Below are positions 49,142-59,499 of a stretch of DNA of 64,000 nt, in pieces; within the stretch, counting starts at the first letter, position 1, and each line of letters begins with the position of its first letter. The DNA comes from Nitrospirota bacterium (GTDB lineage Bacteria; Nitrospirota; UBA9217), in NCBI GenBank assembly GCA_963845065.1, contig CAWJQQ010000002.1, positions 160,001-224,000 on the forward strand. Reading direction: 5' to 3'. A program made the translations under genes and the position numbers. Under the pieces are notes generated by a model. That model had not been told where the DNA came from and did no database searches. It worked only from the letters and a program-made list of their open reading frames with translations.

Positions 49142-50365
49142 TTATTGCACGCCCGAACTCATCTGGAGCATGGGCAGCATGATGGCGATCACAACGAACC
49201 CGATGATCAGTCCCATCACGAGGATAATCACAGGTTCCATAAGCGCCATCAGCCCCGTAAGGCGCGTTTCGACGGTGCGGTCGAACGAGTCGGAAATCTT
49301 GAGCAGCATCTTTTCCAGTTCTCCGCTTCTCTCGCCTACGGCGACCATCTGCACCACAACCGGCGGAAACAATCCGCTCCTGCGAAGCGGATCGGCGATG
49401 GGCTCGCCTTCGCGCACGTTCTCGCGCGCCTGCTGAATGGCATTCGCGAGAACCGTATTTCCAACCACGCTCTTCACGATATCCAGCGCCGCGAGGGTGG
49501 GCACGCCGCTCTGCAGCAGCGTCCCGAGCGTGCGCGTGAACCTCGACACCGCGATCATCCTGATAAGATTGCCGAATACCGGAAGCCGAAGAAGCCGGGC
49601 ATCGACGTTTTCCCTTCCTGCTGGCGTCCGCGCGTAGCGCCTAAAGTAGTAAGCGCCAGTGCCGAAGACAAGCAGGATCGCCCACCAGAACGATGACAGG
49701 AATTTCACGGTCCCCATAAGCATCACCGTGATGAGGGGCAACTGCTGCTTCATATCCTGGAACATGCCCACCACACGGGGCATCACAAAGCTGAATATGA
49801 AAAAAAGCATCCCGATGCCGACCACCGTCATAAACGCCGGGTAGGCGAGCGATGCAGAAATCCTGCCGCGGAACCTTACCTGTTCGTCGAGAAAATCTGC
49901 AAGCCGATCGAGGGTAATTTCCAGCGTTCCGCTTGCTTCACCTGCGGATACCATATTGATGAAGAGCTGCGAAAAGGCCTTTGGTTTGTTTTTGAGCGCA
50001 TCCGCAAGGGATGCACCTTCCCGCACGCTGTCGCGCACCGAAGACAGCGCACCCTTCAAGGCTGCGGTCTCCTCCTGTTCCACGAGCACGGACAATGCGT
50101 CCATCAGAGGGAGCCCGGAAGACAGGAGCGTGGCGAGTTGGCGTGTGGCATTCGCGAGATCGCTGAGCTTCACCCTGCTGCTGCTGAAGCTAAACGAAAC
50201 GTTCCCGCGCCGCGCGGCGCTCATGGACGAACCTTCGCGGATCTCGAGGACGATAACTCCGTCTTTTTTCAGCTTTGCCTTGACAGCCTTCAGACCCTCG
50301 CCGTCCTGGACGCCGGAGAGCTTTTTCCCTGCAGCAGTAACGCCTTTATATTCGAATACGGGCAT
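49142..50365 (-). CDS. gspF: Type II secretion inner membrane platform protein F
   Basis: TRQLATLL, AGEASGTL, VGERSGEL, EPVII. Confidence 0.95.
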   Translation of the reverse strand: MPVFEYKGVTAAGKKLSGVQDGEGLKAVKAKLKKDGVIVLEIREGSSMSAARRGNVSFSFSSSRVKLSDLANATRQLATLLSSGLPLMDALSVLVEQEETAALKGALSSVRDSVREGASLADALKNKPKAFSQLFINMVSAGEASGTLEITLDRLADFLDEQVRFRGRISASLAYPAFMTVVGIGMLFFIFSFVMPRVVGMFQDMKQQLPLITVMLMGTVKFLSSFWWAILLVFGTGAYYFRRYARTPAGRENVDARLLRLPVFGNLIRMIAVSRFTRTLGTLLQSGVPTLAALDIVKSVVGNTVLANAIQQARENVREGEPIADPLRRSGLFPPVVVQMVAVGERSGELEKMLLKISDSFDRTVETRLTGLMALMEPVIILVMGLIIGFVVIAIMLPMLQMSSGVQ

Positions 50366-50480
50366 GTAAGATTTTTTTTTAACGCGGATGAATGCTGTTT
50401 AAGACCAAAAAATGGGAAACAACCATGTTTTGATTTTAACTTAAAACCCCGTTTATCCGTGTTTATCCTTGGTTACTGAA

Positions 50481-52166
50481 TTAAGATTCCTTCTGCGTTA
50501 CCCGTACGACTTCATCAATTGACGTGAGGCCCTCTAGCATGCGGGCTGCACCATCCTGCCGGAGCGTGCGCATGCCTTTCTCCATGGCCAGGGCTTTGAT
50601 CGTAGTCGCATCGTTATTTTTCATCATAAGCTGCCGAACATCATCGTCAACAGTGAGAAGTTCGTAGATAGCGCTCCTTCCGAGATAACCGGTGTTAAAG
50701 CAAGCCTCGCAGCCTTTCGCTCGGTATACAGTGGCGCCTTCTGCACTGGGATTGAACTCAAGTTCGGCAACCTCTGCCGGTGTCATCTGGTAGGGCTCCC
50801 GACATTGCTTGCAGAGCACGCGCACCAGCCGCTGGGCCAGGATCGCGATGACCGAGGAGGAAATCAAAAAAGGCTCGACCTTCATGTCCAGCAGCCTCGA
50901 CACAGCGCCTGCGGCATCATTCGTGTGGAGCGTCGAGAACACCAGGTGCCCCGTAAGGGCTGCCTGGATCGCGATCTCTGCGGTCTCCGAGTCCCGGATC
51001 TCGCCCACGAGGATCACGTCCGGGTCCTGTCGGAGAACGGAGCGAAGCCCTGCCGCGAACGTCAACTGGATCTTGGCGTTTACCTGGATCTGACCGATGC
51101 CCTTGAGCTGATATTCTATAGGGTCCTCGATCGTAATGATGTTCTTGTCCGGGGAATTGATCTTCGAGAGCGACGCATAGAGCGTCGTGGTCTTGCCGCT
51201 GCCTGTGGGGCCCGTCACAAGGATGATCCCGTGGGGCCGCTCGATCATTGCGTTGAACCGGGTCAGCGTATCGCCCGAAAAACCGATCTGGTCGAGAGGT
51301 AGCAGGGCGCTTTCCCGGTAGAGGAGACGCAGCACGATGCGCTCGCCGAAGGCCGTTGGAACAATGGACACACGAATATCCACATCTCTTCCGCCAATCT
51401 TGATGCGTATGCCGCCGTCCTGCGGTAACCGCTTCTCGGCGATGTTGAGGCCGGACATGATCTTGACGCGCGACGCGATGCTAGCCTGGAACCGCTTCTG
51501 GATCGTCAAGATGTTGTAGAGGATGCCGTCTATGCGGAACCGCGCAATCATTTCTTTCTCAAACGGTTCTATGTGAATGTCACTGGCTCGCTCGCGGATC
51601 GCCTGCGACAGGAGAGAGTTCACGAGCCGGATGATCGGCGCATCATCAGTGACCTCGAGCAGGTCGGTGGGCTCGTCGAGTTCAGCCGCGAGGAACGAAA
51701 GGTCTTCCTCCTCCATTTCCTGCACGGTGTCCTCGGCCTTGTTCATGTCTTCGCTGTAGAGCCGGTTCAATGTATCGAGAATCTTTTCAGAGGGTGCAAG
51801 GCAAAGTGCTATGTCAACACCGAGCAACGCGGAGAGATCATCGAGGGCGGATAGGTTCAGAGGTTCGGATGTGGCCGCAAGTACCGTGCCGTTATCCCGT
51901 CGAAGGGGCAGGACCATGGCTTTTTTGGCGTACGTGATGGGCAATTTGAGCGCTAGTTCCCTGTCGATATCGCCGAGATCGGATTGATAGGGAAGACCGA
52001 GCTGTTGCCCGAGCGCCTTCAGCACCTCTTCTTCGGTCACAAAGTTGAGGCGTATGAGAAGCGTGCCGATCCGGCCTCCCCGTTTTTTTTGGAGGTCGAG
52101 CACCTTCTTAAGCCGCTCCGGTGAAAGTCCGGCTTCAACGAGTATCTCACCGAGCAGGCGTCTCAC
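50481..52166 (-). CDS. gspE: Type II secretion ATPase E
   Basis: ASDIHIEP, GPTGSGKT, LRQDPD, STLHTN and tetracysteine motif. Confidence 0.96.
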   Translation of the reverse strand: MRRLLGEILVEAGLSPERLKKVLDLQKKRGGRIGTLLIRLNFVTEEEVLKALGQQLGLPYQSDLGDIDRELALKLPITYAKKAMVLPLRRDNGTVLAATSEPLNLSALDDLSALLGVDIALCLAPSEKILDTLNRLYSEDMNKAEDTVQEMEEEDLSFLAAELDEPTDLLEVTDDAPIIRLVNSLLSQAIRERASDIHIEPFEKEMIARFRIDGILYNILTIQKRFQASIASRVKIMSGLNIAEKRLPQDGGIRIKIGGRDVDIRVSIVPTAFGERIVLRLLYRESALLPLDQIGFSGDTLTRFNAMIERPHGIILVTGPTGSGKTTTLYASLSKINSPDKNIITIEDPIEYQLKGIGQIQVNAKIQLTFAAGLRSVLRQDPDVILVGEIRDSETAEIAIQAALTGHLVFSTLHTNDAAGAVSRLLDMKVEPFLISSSVIAILAQRLVRVLCKQCREPYQMTPAEVAELEFNPSAEGATVYRAKGCEACFNTGYLGRSAIYELLTVDDDVRQLMMKNNDATTIKALAMEKGMRTLRQDGAARMLEGLTSIDEVVRVTQKES

Positions 52167-54265
52167 TGCACTCCCTCCTTCGTGGACGGAGTAGTTTCCA
52201 CAGGAGGTTGAGCAGGTACGGCCCGAGGAGGAATCGTAGACACAACATTCGACCTCAACTCCGATGCCGTCTTCTCAACTGCATTGACAGAGGTGGTATT
52301 TGTGGGAGCAGTAGCCACGGGCATCGGATTCTGTTCCGGCATGACGTTAACCGGAACGGTTGTCGCGGCGCCCGACTTCAACTCCAATGCAGGTGTACCG
52401 GCAGCCTTTACCGGGGTAGGAACTGGCACGGTTGTCACCGCACTCGACTTCAACTCAGTTCCTAATTTTCCATTTGCATTGGCCGGTGCGTTTGCTGCAG
52501 GCTGTTCAGTAGCTTTGCTTATTTTCGGCGGAATGATAGTTTCAGAGGCCTTTTTCTCAATGTGATATTCTTTACGGAAGTCTTCGAGGGATCCGTTCTT
52601 CCGCTTGGTCATTTCGGTTGCATCTTCCTCATTCTTGATGATATAGGGGGTAATAAAAATCATAAGGTCGGTCTTGGCGACACTCGACTGTTTAGACTTG
52701 AAAAACCAGCCAAGAATGGGGATATCGCCCAGGATCGGCACCTTTGACGTCGATGTGGTTACGTTATCTTGGACAAGGCCGCCGATGACCACAGTCTGAC
52801 GGTCCTTCACTACAACAGTCGTGCTTGCCGAACGTTTGCTGGTGGTGGGACCCGCCGCATTGTTACTCGTTGTAGCAATCACATCAGAAATTTCCTGCTT
52901 TACTTCAAGCCGCACGCTATCGTCAGAGGAAATTTGCGGCGTTAGGTCCAGTTTGATGCCTACATCCTCACGATTGATGGTATTGAACACGGCCGTGCTG
53001 CCGGTGGTCGCATTCTGGGTCTGGCCCGTAATGAACGGAACGTTCTCACCCACCATGATCTCGGCCTTCTGGTTGTCCATGGCCATGATGTTTGGCGTCG
53101 AGAGCACATTCACGTCGCCGTTGGTTTGGAGCGCGTGCAGGAGCGCGCCGACATTAAGGTACGTTGTGCCGTTATAGGTAAAGGTGCCCTTGATCACGCC
53201 TACAGCCAGGCCGCTAATAGCCGCCAGACCCGTCGGCCCACTCACAATCGCGGGCCCGATATCGCCGAAATTCGTACCACCGATTGTAGCCTGACTATTG
53301 CTATTGCTTTGATTGAACGACTGGAACTCGAACCCGATGTCGCTCGCCTTTGACAAGGACATCTCGACAATGGCGCACTCGACATAAACCTGGCGACGCT
53401 TGATGTCGAGCTTCTGGATCACGTCCTTCACGACTTCAAAATCACCCGGCGAGGCTACAATGATGAGCGCATTGGTGGCCTTGTCCGAGGTGATGTTGAC
53501 CGGTCCTTCCAGGATCGTGGCTGGCCCGGCCGGTTGTACGCCTCCGGCCGGCGGTGCGGGCAGTTTCGTTACGAGGGCCTGCATCAGCTTGGCCAATTCT
53601 TCTGAGTTTGCGTTCTTGAGGTAATAAACGTTGATCTTCCCCTTGCCTTCCGGCGCCACGACATCCATGATGTGAATGAGTCTTTCCAGCTTTCTGAGGT
53701 TAGAAACGGAATCAGTAATGATGACGGAACTCGTAACCGGATAAGCGATAATGTTGCCGTCTTTGCTGATAAGAGGCGTTATCGTGCGGACGATCTCCTG
53801 GGGGTTAACGAAGTTCAGCCTGATGAGCTTGGTCACGAAGCCTTCCCCCGCATCGTTGCCATCCTGGAATATCTTGAGCCCACTCTGGCGGGCCGACGCC
53901 GCGGGAATAATCCTGGTGACCATGCCGTCCTCGATTGCGGTGAAACCTTTGATCTCAAGGGCCGAAAGGAAGACTTGATATGCCTCATCCGGCGATATTT
54001 TGTTCGGCGTCATGATCGTTACCTTGCCGACCACGTGCTCATCGAGGAGGAAGTTTCTCTGTGTCAGTTCGCTCATGACCTTCACAAGGGCGCCGATGTC
54101 TATATTCGTAAAGTTCAGTGTAACGTAATTATCGCTGGCCTTGATTTCTTTGGTGCCGCTCGGTGCGGAACCGAGAGCAGAGGAAATCTGCGCTGCTTCT
54201 TGCGCGAATACCGCCGGCGCATTCACAAGCCCTATCACAAGCAGCAGGGCTGTTATTTTTTTCAC
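52163..54265 (-). CDS. gspD: Type II secretion secretin D with long low-complexity C-terminal tail
   Basis: LNFTNIDI N0 domain, N domains, QVYVE, KVPILGDIPILGWFFK. Confidence 0.94.
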   Translation of the reverse strand: MKKITALLLVIGLVNAPAVFAQEAAQISSALGSAPSGTKEIKASDNYVTLNFTNIDIGALVKVMSELTQRNFLLDEHVVGKVTIMTPNKISPDEAYQVFLSALEIKGFTAIEDGMVTRIIPAASARQSGLKIFQDGNDAGEGFVTKLIRLNFVNPQEIVRTITPLISKDGNIIAYPVTSSVIITDSVSNLRKLERLIHIMDVVAPEGKGKINVYYLKNANSEELAKLMQALVTKLPAPPAGGVQPAGPATILEGPVNITSDKATNALIIVASPGDFEVVKDVIQKLDIKRRQVYVECAIVEMSLSKASDIGFEFQSFNQSNSNSQATIGGTNFGDIGPAIVSGPTGLAAISGLAVGVIKGTFTYNGTTYLNVGALLHALQTNGDVNVLSTPNIMAMDNQKAEIMVGENVPFITGQTQNATTGSTAVFNTINREDVGIKLDLTPQISSDDSVRLEVKQEISDVIATTSNNAAGPTTSKRSASTTVVVKDRQTVVIGGLVQDNVTTSTSKVPILGDIPILGWFFKSKQSSVAKTDLMIFITPYIIKNEEDATEMTKRKNGSLEDFRKEYHIEKKASETIIPPKISKATEQPAANAPANANGKLGTELKSSAVTTVPVPTPVKAAGTPALELKSGAATTVPVNVMPEQNPMPVATAPTNTTSVNAVEKTASELRSNVVSTIPPRAVPAQPPVETTPSTKEGVQ

Positions 54266-54410
54266 TCTTGTCCTCCCGCAGAAAGCTATTTGGGTAAAAT
54301 ATCGAAATCCAAATCACAAATCGAGCCCCTGTCCGTCCTCGCAGTAATTGCTCTATTTGTTGTGGGATTTGGGTCGAAGCTGAACGTTGATTGTTGAATC
54401 GTAGATCTGC

Positions 54411-55241
54411 TCATTGTATTTCGTAGTTCATTGTCTGGGCCTGGCCGCCCCTGAGCAGGTCGATTGATATGCTCCGTTCGTTCTGTAGCCCCTGGTAGAG
54501 CTGGAAGAACTTGCTCGGATCGTTAACGTCCTGCGAATTAACACGCTGGATGATGTCACCGTTCTGGAGCCCGATCTTCTCATATATGCTGCCGGGGACT
54601 ATCTCAGTGATCTTGAACCCTACAGTTTTCCCATTCTCCTGGTAAGGCAGTGCCCGTGCCTGGGTCAGGATCTGGCCCATATTTTGGGTGCTCGCGAGAA
54701 CTTCCTTTTGGTCAACAGCGAATTTCCCATTCGCAAGTCTCTTGACCCCTGGGCCGCCACCTGTCTGCATGGTGATTATCTTGGTGTCGTCGACGACTTC
54801 AACATCGACGATCACACCGTCGGACCTGCGGATGGAAACCTTGTCGTGTATGACCTTCACAATTGCCGATCCGTCGGGCATTTTCTGGTTAATGCGGTAA
54901 AAAGCCTGGCCGGTGGTGTCCTCAAGCACGGCCCCGGAGAACTGTTTACCTTCTATCGTGCCGATAAGTTTGTACGACACGGATGCAGCTGCGGCCGCAG
55001 CTGCAGGGTTAGTCGACGGGGCCTTACCATCGCCGAATAGCCCGCGATCCAGAATGGGCGCATAATCGCTCAATTCATGCATCGGTTGCAGAGCGGCATG
55101 TTCGCGTTCCATGGGTGTCGTGTAAGTCGGAGCTGCTTCAAGACTTCGTCCGATCATAGCGTCCACAGTATCGGCAAGAAAATATGCTGAAACCGTGAGG
55201 AGTGTTACAAGGACCAGCGTATACAGTGTTTTTTCTTTCAT
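54411..55241 (-). CDS. gspC: Type II secretion protein C (HR plus PDZ)
   Basis: N-terminal TM, KLIGT HR domain, GLQNGD PDZ domain. Confidence 0.88.
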   Translation of the reverse strand: MKEKTLYTLVLVTLLTVSAYFLADTVDAMIGRSLEAAPTYTTPMEREHAALQPMHELSDYAPILDRGLFGDGKAPSTNPAAAAAAASVSYKLIGTIEGKQFSGAVLEDTTGQAFYRINQKMPDGSAIVKVIHDKVSIRRSDGVIVDVEVVDDTKIITMQTGGGPGVKRLANGKFAVDQKEVLASTQNMGQILTQARALPYQENGKTVGFKITEIVPGSIYEKIGLQNGDIIQRVNSQDVNDPSKFFQLYQGLQNERSISIDLLRGGQAQTMNYEIQ

Positions 55242-55513
55242 GACTTAAGTAGTATACTATTCTCCCCCCCTGTAAAAACCACTGTCAATTATACTCTTAT
55301 ACAACTGCTATTGTCAATTATTAACAATTTGATAACGATAGTTTTGGCTCTTACTATCCAACCACCGTACCTTCCCAAAGCGATATCCCGAAGTCTTTAT
55401 GTTGTGCAAAGGCTCCGGCCATCTTATCCGTGATCCCGCGTCCGCGACGTACCTATAATGCAGGATAGCCTGGAGCAGCTACAATTCTAGCTTGCCGAAA
55501 CTTCATTGGCGAA

Positions 55514-55687
55514 TCAATCTTTTTGATTCTTCGTAAAAAAAACGAAGGCCATCGTCGGTCGTTTGGATGAGACGTGAGTGACGAACTGTATGCTCTCGTA
55601 AGCATATCCCTTCCCAGTCCATTCGTTCAGGATTCGCTCGATTTCTTCGTCAGTCACCACGCTCGTTTCAACGATCTTATAAATCAT
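55514..55687 (-). CDS. Small DUF4177-like protein (57 aa, not in the ORF track)
   Basis: Hand translation MIYKIVETSVVTDEEIERILNEWTGKGY...AFVFFTK fits the YKxV...LNxxxxxG(W/Y) pattern. Confidence 0.65.
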   Translation of the reverse strand: MIYKIVETSVVTDEEIERILNEWTGKGYAYESIQFVTHVSSKRPTMAFVFFTKNQKD

Positions 55688-55783
55688 GGCCTATTATAAA
55701 TGAGTGATCTGATTTTTTCAACGGCTATCAGGGACGAGTCAAATTCCTGTTGCTATTCATGCTCATCGGCAATATAATCTGGC

Positions 55784-56971
55784 ATGCCGAAACACAAAAA
55801 AGGCATTCACACCGGCTTGGACGAGATAGAAAAACGATGGCCGAAAGACCTGAAGGGTGCTCGCATCGGGCTGCTTGTCCATCCCGCCTCCGTAAACAGC
55901 AGGCTTGAGCATGCCATAACGGTTCTTCGGAGAGCTCGAAAATTTCAACTTGCAGTTCTCTTTGGTCCGCAGCATGGTATTTTCGGCCAGACCCAGGACA
56001 ACATGGTTGAGTGGGAGGGTTTTCGCGATGCGGCCACAGGCCTGCCGGTTTACAGTCTCTATGGCGCGACCCGGAAACCGGGGACCGAGATGCTCGAGAA
56101 TTTCGACGTTCTGGTGGTAGATATGCAGGATGTGGGCAGTCGATACTATACGTTTATCTGGACGTTGGAACTCTGCATGGAATCCTGCAACGAAGCAGGC
56201 AAATCCGTCGTCGTGCTCGACCGACCGAACCCCATCAATGGCCAGTCTGTTGAGGGACCGATGCTGAAAGCCGATTTTGCGTCCTTTGTGGGCTTGAAGC
56301 CGATTCCCGTGCGCCACGGCATGACCATCGGCGAGATAGGCTCATACCTCCAGGCTAGCTTTCATCCCGCCCTGGACTATCGTGTCATAGCCATGCAGGG
56401 TTGGAAAAGGAAGATGTGGTTTGACCACACGGGCCTTCCCTGGGTCATGCCGTCGCCTAACATGCCTACGCTCGATACCGCGCTCGTCTATCCCGGGATG
56501 TGTTTGTTCGAGGCCACCAACGTATCCGAAGGACGCGGTACGACGCATCCGTTTGAAATCTTCGGTGCTCCATTCATTCATCCCGAGACGATCGTGAACG
56601 TGCTCAAGGAATTCAAGCTGCCTGGCGTTGTTTTCAGGCCGCTTTCGTTCCAGCCCATGTTCCAGAAGCACACCGGCCTTCTCTGTGGCGGTGCGCAAAT
56701 ACACGTAACTGACCGGCAGAGGTTCAGGCCCTTTAAGACAGGTGTGGCGATCCTCAAAGCGATCCACAACACCTATCCGCGCGACTTCAAGTGGAACAAT
56801 CCACCCTACGAATATGAAGAGGTTAATCTTCCAATTGACATCCTGGCCGGCAGCGACCAGTTACGGAAGGACATCGAGTCATGGAAAGATCTCGAAGAAA
56901 TCGAAACATGGTGGAAGGATGAAGCTCGCACATTTGGGAAAATACGGAAGACCTTCTTACTGTATTCTTAG
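55784..56971 (+). CDS. namZ: Exo-beta-N-acetylmuramidase NamZ family (DUF1343)
   Basis: LFGPQHG, SLYG, DMQDVGSRYYT, LDRPNP, RHGMTIGE, PSPNMP, SEGRGT. Confidence 0.9.
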   Translation: MPKHKKGIHTGLDEIEKRWPKDLKGARIGLLVHPASVNSRLEHAITVLRRARKFQLAVLFGPQHGIFGQTQDNMVEWEGFRDAATGLPVYSLYGATRKPGTEMLENFDVLVVDMQDVGSRYYTFIWTLELCMESCNEAGKSVVVLDRPNPINGQSVEGPMLKADFASFVGLKPIPVRHGMTIGEIGSYLQASFHPALDYRVIAMQGWKRKMWFDHTGLPWVMPSPNMPTLDTALVYPGMCLFEATNVSEGRGTTHPFEIFGAPFIHPETIVNVLKEFKLPGVVFRPLSFQPMFQKHTGLLCGGAQIHVTDRQRFRPFKTGVAILKAIHNTYPRDFKWNNPPYEYEEVNLPIDILAGSDQLRKDIESWKDLEEIETWWKDEARTFGKIRKTFLLYS

Positions 56972-57215
56972 TTGCGACAATTCTTCAGCTGCTATTTTGA
57001 TTTCCTCTGCGCTACTATATATATGTGTCTATATACACTCTTGCTCAAAATAGTTTTATCTTGGTCAGCATTATTATGGTATAGCGAGCAGCTCTTCAAT
57101 CGAGAGCATTCCAAAACATAATAAAAGCGGCTATTAACGGCCCTGCGAGCGGCTTCTGTCAGGAGAACTAGCCGCCTGCGAATTCTGGAGTTTTGGACGG
57201 CAATGGTCAATATAT

Positions 57216-59186
57216 ATGTCTAAATTCCCCATCACTATTTTCCTACCCGCGGCCGGCCTGGGAGAGCGACTCAGACCGATAACTAACCACCTGCCCAAGC
57301 CTCTGCTCCCGATCATCGGCAGGCCCTTGATCGAAATCATCCTCGAAAAACTCACGGTAGTCTGCGGCGGGAGGATCGGTATCAACCTCCACTGGAAGCC
57401 AGAATTAATTCGGGAATGGGCGGCGGCGTCTCCATGGAAAAACCGCATCAAATTCTTTCCCGAAGACCCCATCCTCGGCACCGGCGGAGCCCTCAAAAAT
57501 GCCGAGGCATTCCTTGCCAGCGGTCCCTTCATAGTGCACAACTCCGATATCCTGCTGGACATCGATTTCACCAGGCTGATCGGGATCCATCTAAATTCGG
57601 GGAACATCGCCACACTCGTTACCCATAGACACCCGAAACTGAGCAACGTCGTGGTTGATGAGAACGACCTCGTGCTTGACGTGGAAAATCCGGGTGATTC
57701 CCGGCCTGATCCGTTCCGAATCGCGAAAAAAGTGGCGTATACCGGCGTTGCTGTGTACTCGCCGGAGATCCTGCACTTCCTTCCAGCCGGCGTGTCGCAC
57801 GCTACTGTCGCATGGACCGACGCGGCAAAAGCGGGACACCGGGTAAAGGCGCTGGATTTCACCGGCGCTCACTGGAATGATATCGGTACGCCTGCTTCCT
57901 ATGTCGCCGGGTTGTTTGACGCTTTGCTGCAGGATGGAGAAACCGTGTATGTTTCCCCGGACAGCCAATGCGAAAGGATCGGGATCGACGGTTATGTCGT
58001 TCTCGAAACGGGCAGCGAGGTCAAGGATAAAGCTCATCTCAGGAACTGTATCGTAATGCCCGGCGCTTCTGTGTCAGGCATTCACCAGAACCGGATCATT
58101 GGGCCGGACTATGCCCTGGATCTCAAGGAAACCGATATGCAGCCGTCGTTCCATGCCCGCGAGCAGAAGAAAGTTTCGCTGGCGGACCCGCTCTTTGCCT
58201 ACTACTTCGGCGTAACGGGGTTGCCGTTGGATGGAGAGCAAAATGATCAAGCCGACGCAGTACTTATCGGCCTTGGCGGATCGGACAGACGCTACTTCCG
58301 TGTGCGCAACGGAGAAAAGACCGCCGTCTTCATGGAGTGCAGGCCCGACGACGCAGATTTTGAGCGCCACCTCGTGTATACTAGTTTTTTCGAAGCACAT
58401 GCCGTACCGGTACCGGGACTTATTGCGGCTGATGATCGTGACAACCTTGCACTTTTTGAAGACCTCGGAGATACAAACCTCTATGCCTACCTGAAACTCC
58501 CGCATGACAACAACCATATCGATGACATCTACAGAAGCGTGCTTGACATTCTGGTTAACCTCCATACCTACGTCACCGAGCATGTAAAGGAATGCCTCGT
58601 GCTCCGATCTCGAATTTTTGATTACGATTATCTGCGATGGGAGACAAATTATTTTCTTGATCGCTTCGTCTCCGATTTGCGGAAGATAACAATCGATGGT
58701 CGAGCGACAATCGAGGCAGAATTGCACCGGCTTGCGCAAAAGACGGATGCATATCCAAAGGTGGTGATCCACCGCGACTTTCAGTGCCAGAACATAATGA
58801 TCACCCGCGGCGGCATCCCTCGTGTCATCGACTTTCAGGGTGCGCGTATGGCTCCCGCTGCCTACGATGTTGCATCCATCCTCTGGGACCCTTACCACAG
58901 ATTAGAAAATGGCGTACGCACCAGGCTATTCGATTATTATGTGAATGAAATGAAAAAAGCTTCAAAAGAATTCAACGAAAATATGTTTCTGAGCAGTTTG
59001 CTCCCCTGCCGCCTGCAGCGGCATATGCAGGCCCTGGGCGCTTACGGCTATCTTTCTGTTGTGAAGGGGAAAAAATATTTCCTCAAGCATATCCCGGAAG
59101 CGCTAAGGCTTCTCAAAGAGGAAACCGCAGCCGTAAGCAAAGAATATCCCGCATTGAACAGGCTGGTGAGCAGTCTGGCCGAATGA
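57216..59186 (+). CDS. Fused sugar-phosphate nucleotidyltransferase (MurU-like) and phosphotransferase (AmgK-like)
   Basis: AAGLGERLRPIT..PKPL, LGTGG, WNDIGT; then GGSDRRYFR, EDLGD, HRDFQ..N, IDFQ, QRHMQALG. Confidence 0.85.
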   Translation: MSKFPITIFLPAAGLGERLRPITNHLPKPLLPIIGRPLIEIILEKLTVVCGGRIGINLHWKPELIREWAAASPWKNRIKFFPEDPILGTGGALKNAEAFLASGPFIVHNSDILLDIDFTRLIGIHLNSGNIATLVTHRHPKLSNVVVDENDLVLDVENPGDSRPDPFRIAKKVAYTGVAVYSPEILHFLPAGVSHATVAWTDAAKAGHRVKALDFTGAHWNDIGTPASYVAGLFDALLQDGETVYVSPDSQCERIGIDGYVVLETGSEVKDKAHLRNCIVMPGASVSGIHQNRIIGPDYALDLKETDMQPSFHAREQKKVSLADPLFAYYFGVTGLPLDGEQNDQADAVLIGLGGSDRRYFRVRNGEKTAVFMECRPDDADFERHLVYTSFFEAHAVPVPGLIAADDRDNLALFEDLGDTNLYAYLKLPHDNNHIDDIYRSVLDILVNLHTYVTEHVKECLVLRSRIFDYDYLRWETNYFLDRFVSDLRKITIDGRATIEAELHRLAQKTDAYPKVVIHRDFQCQNIMITRGGIPRVIDFQGARMAPAAYDVASILWDPYHRLENGVRTRLFDYYVNEMKKASKEFNENMFLSSLLPCRLQRHMQALGAYGYLSVVKGKKYFLKHIPEALRLLKEETAAVSKEYPALNRLVSSLAE

Positions 59187-59189
59187 AGC

Positions 59190-59426
59190 CTAAACCGCGC
59201 CTTTTGCCTTGATCGCCCTCTCTATTGCCGCAATCTGCTCATTGATGCTCCGGCACTCTTCCTCATATTCATCTGTCATGTTCTGGGCCTTCTTGCCACC
59301 GATGTGCACGGATGTTTTCCCAAAGGTAAACGCGTGCATATCTTCAAGATCACAGAGGTTGTCCTTAAGCCGTTTGAGCTCGACGCTCAGCTGATCAATA
59401 GTCCTGTCATCATAGTTCTTATTCAT
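59190..59426 (-). CDS. Hypothetical small coiled-coil protein
   Basis: 78-aa helical ORF downstream of the nucleotidyltransferase gene. Confidence 0.6.
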   Translation of the reverse strand: MNKNYDDRTIDQLSVELKRLKDNLCDLEDMHAFTFGKTSVHIGGKKAQNMTDEYEEECRSINEQIAAIERAIKAKGAV

Positions 59427-59499
59427 TTTTTCATAACCTTCTTGCCAAAAAAACACCTAAACATGAGGGATTTTCCCCAATTTTTGCGATTTGATGATC

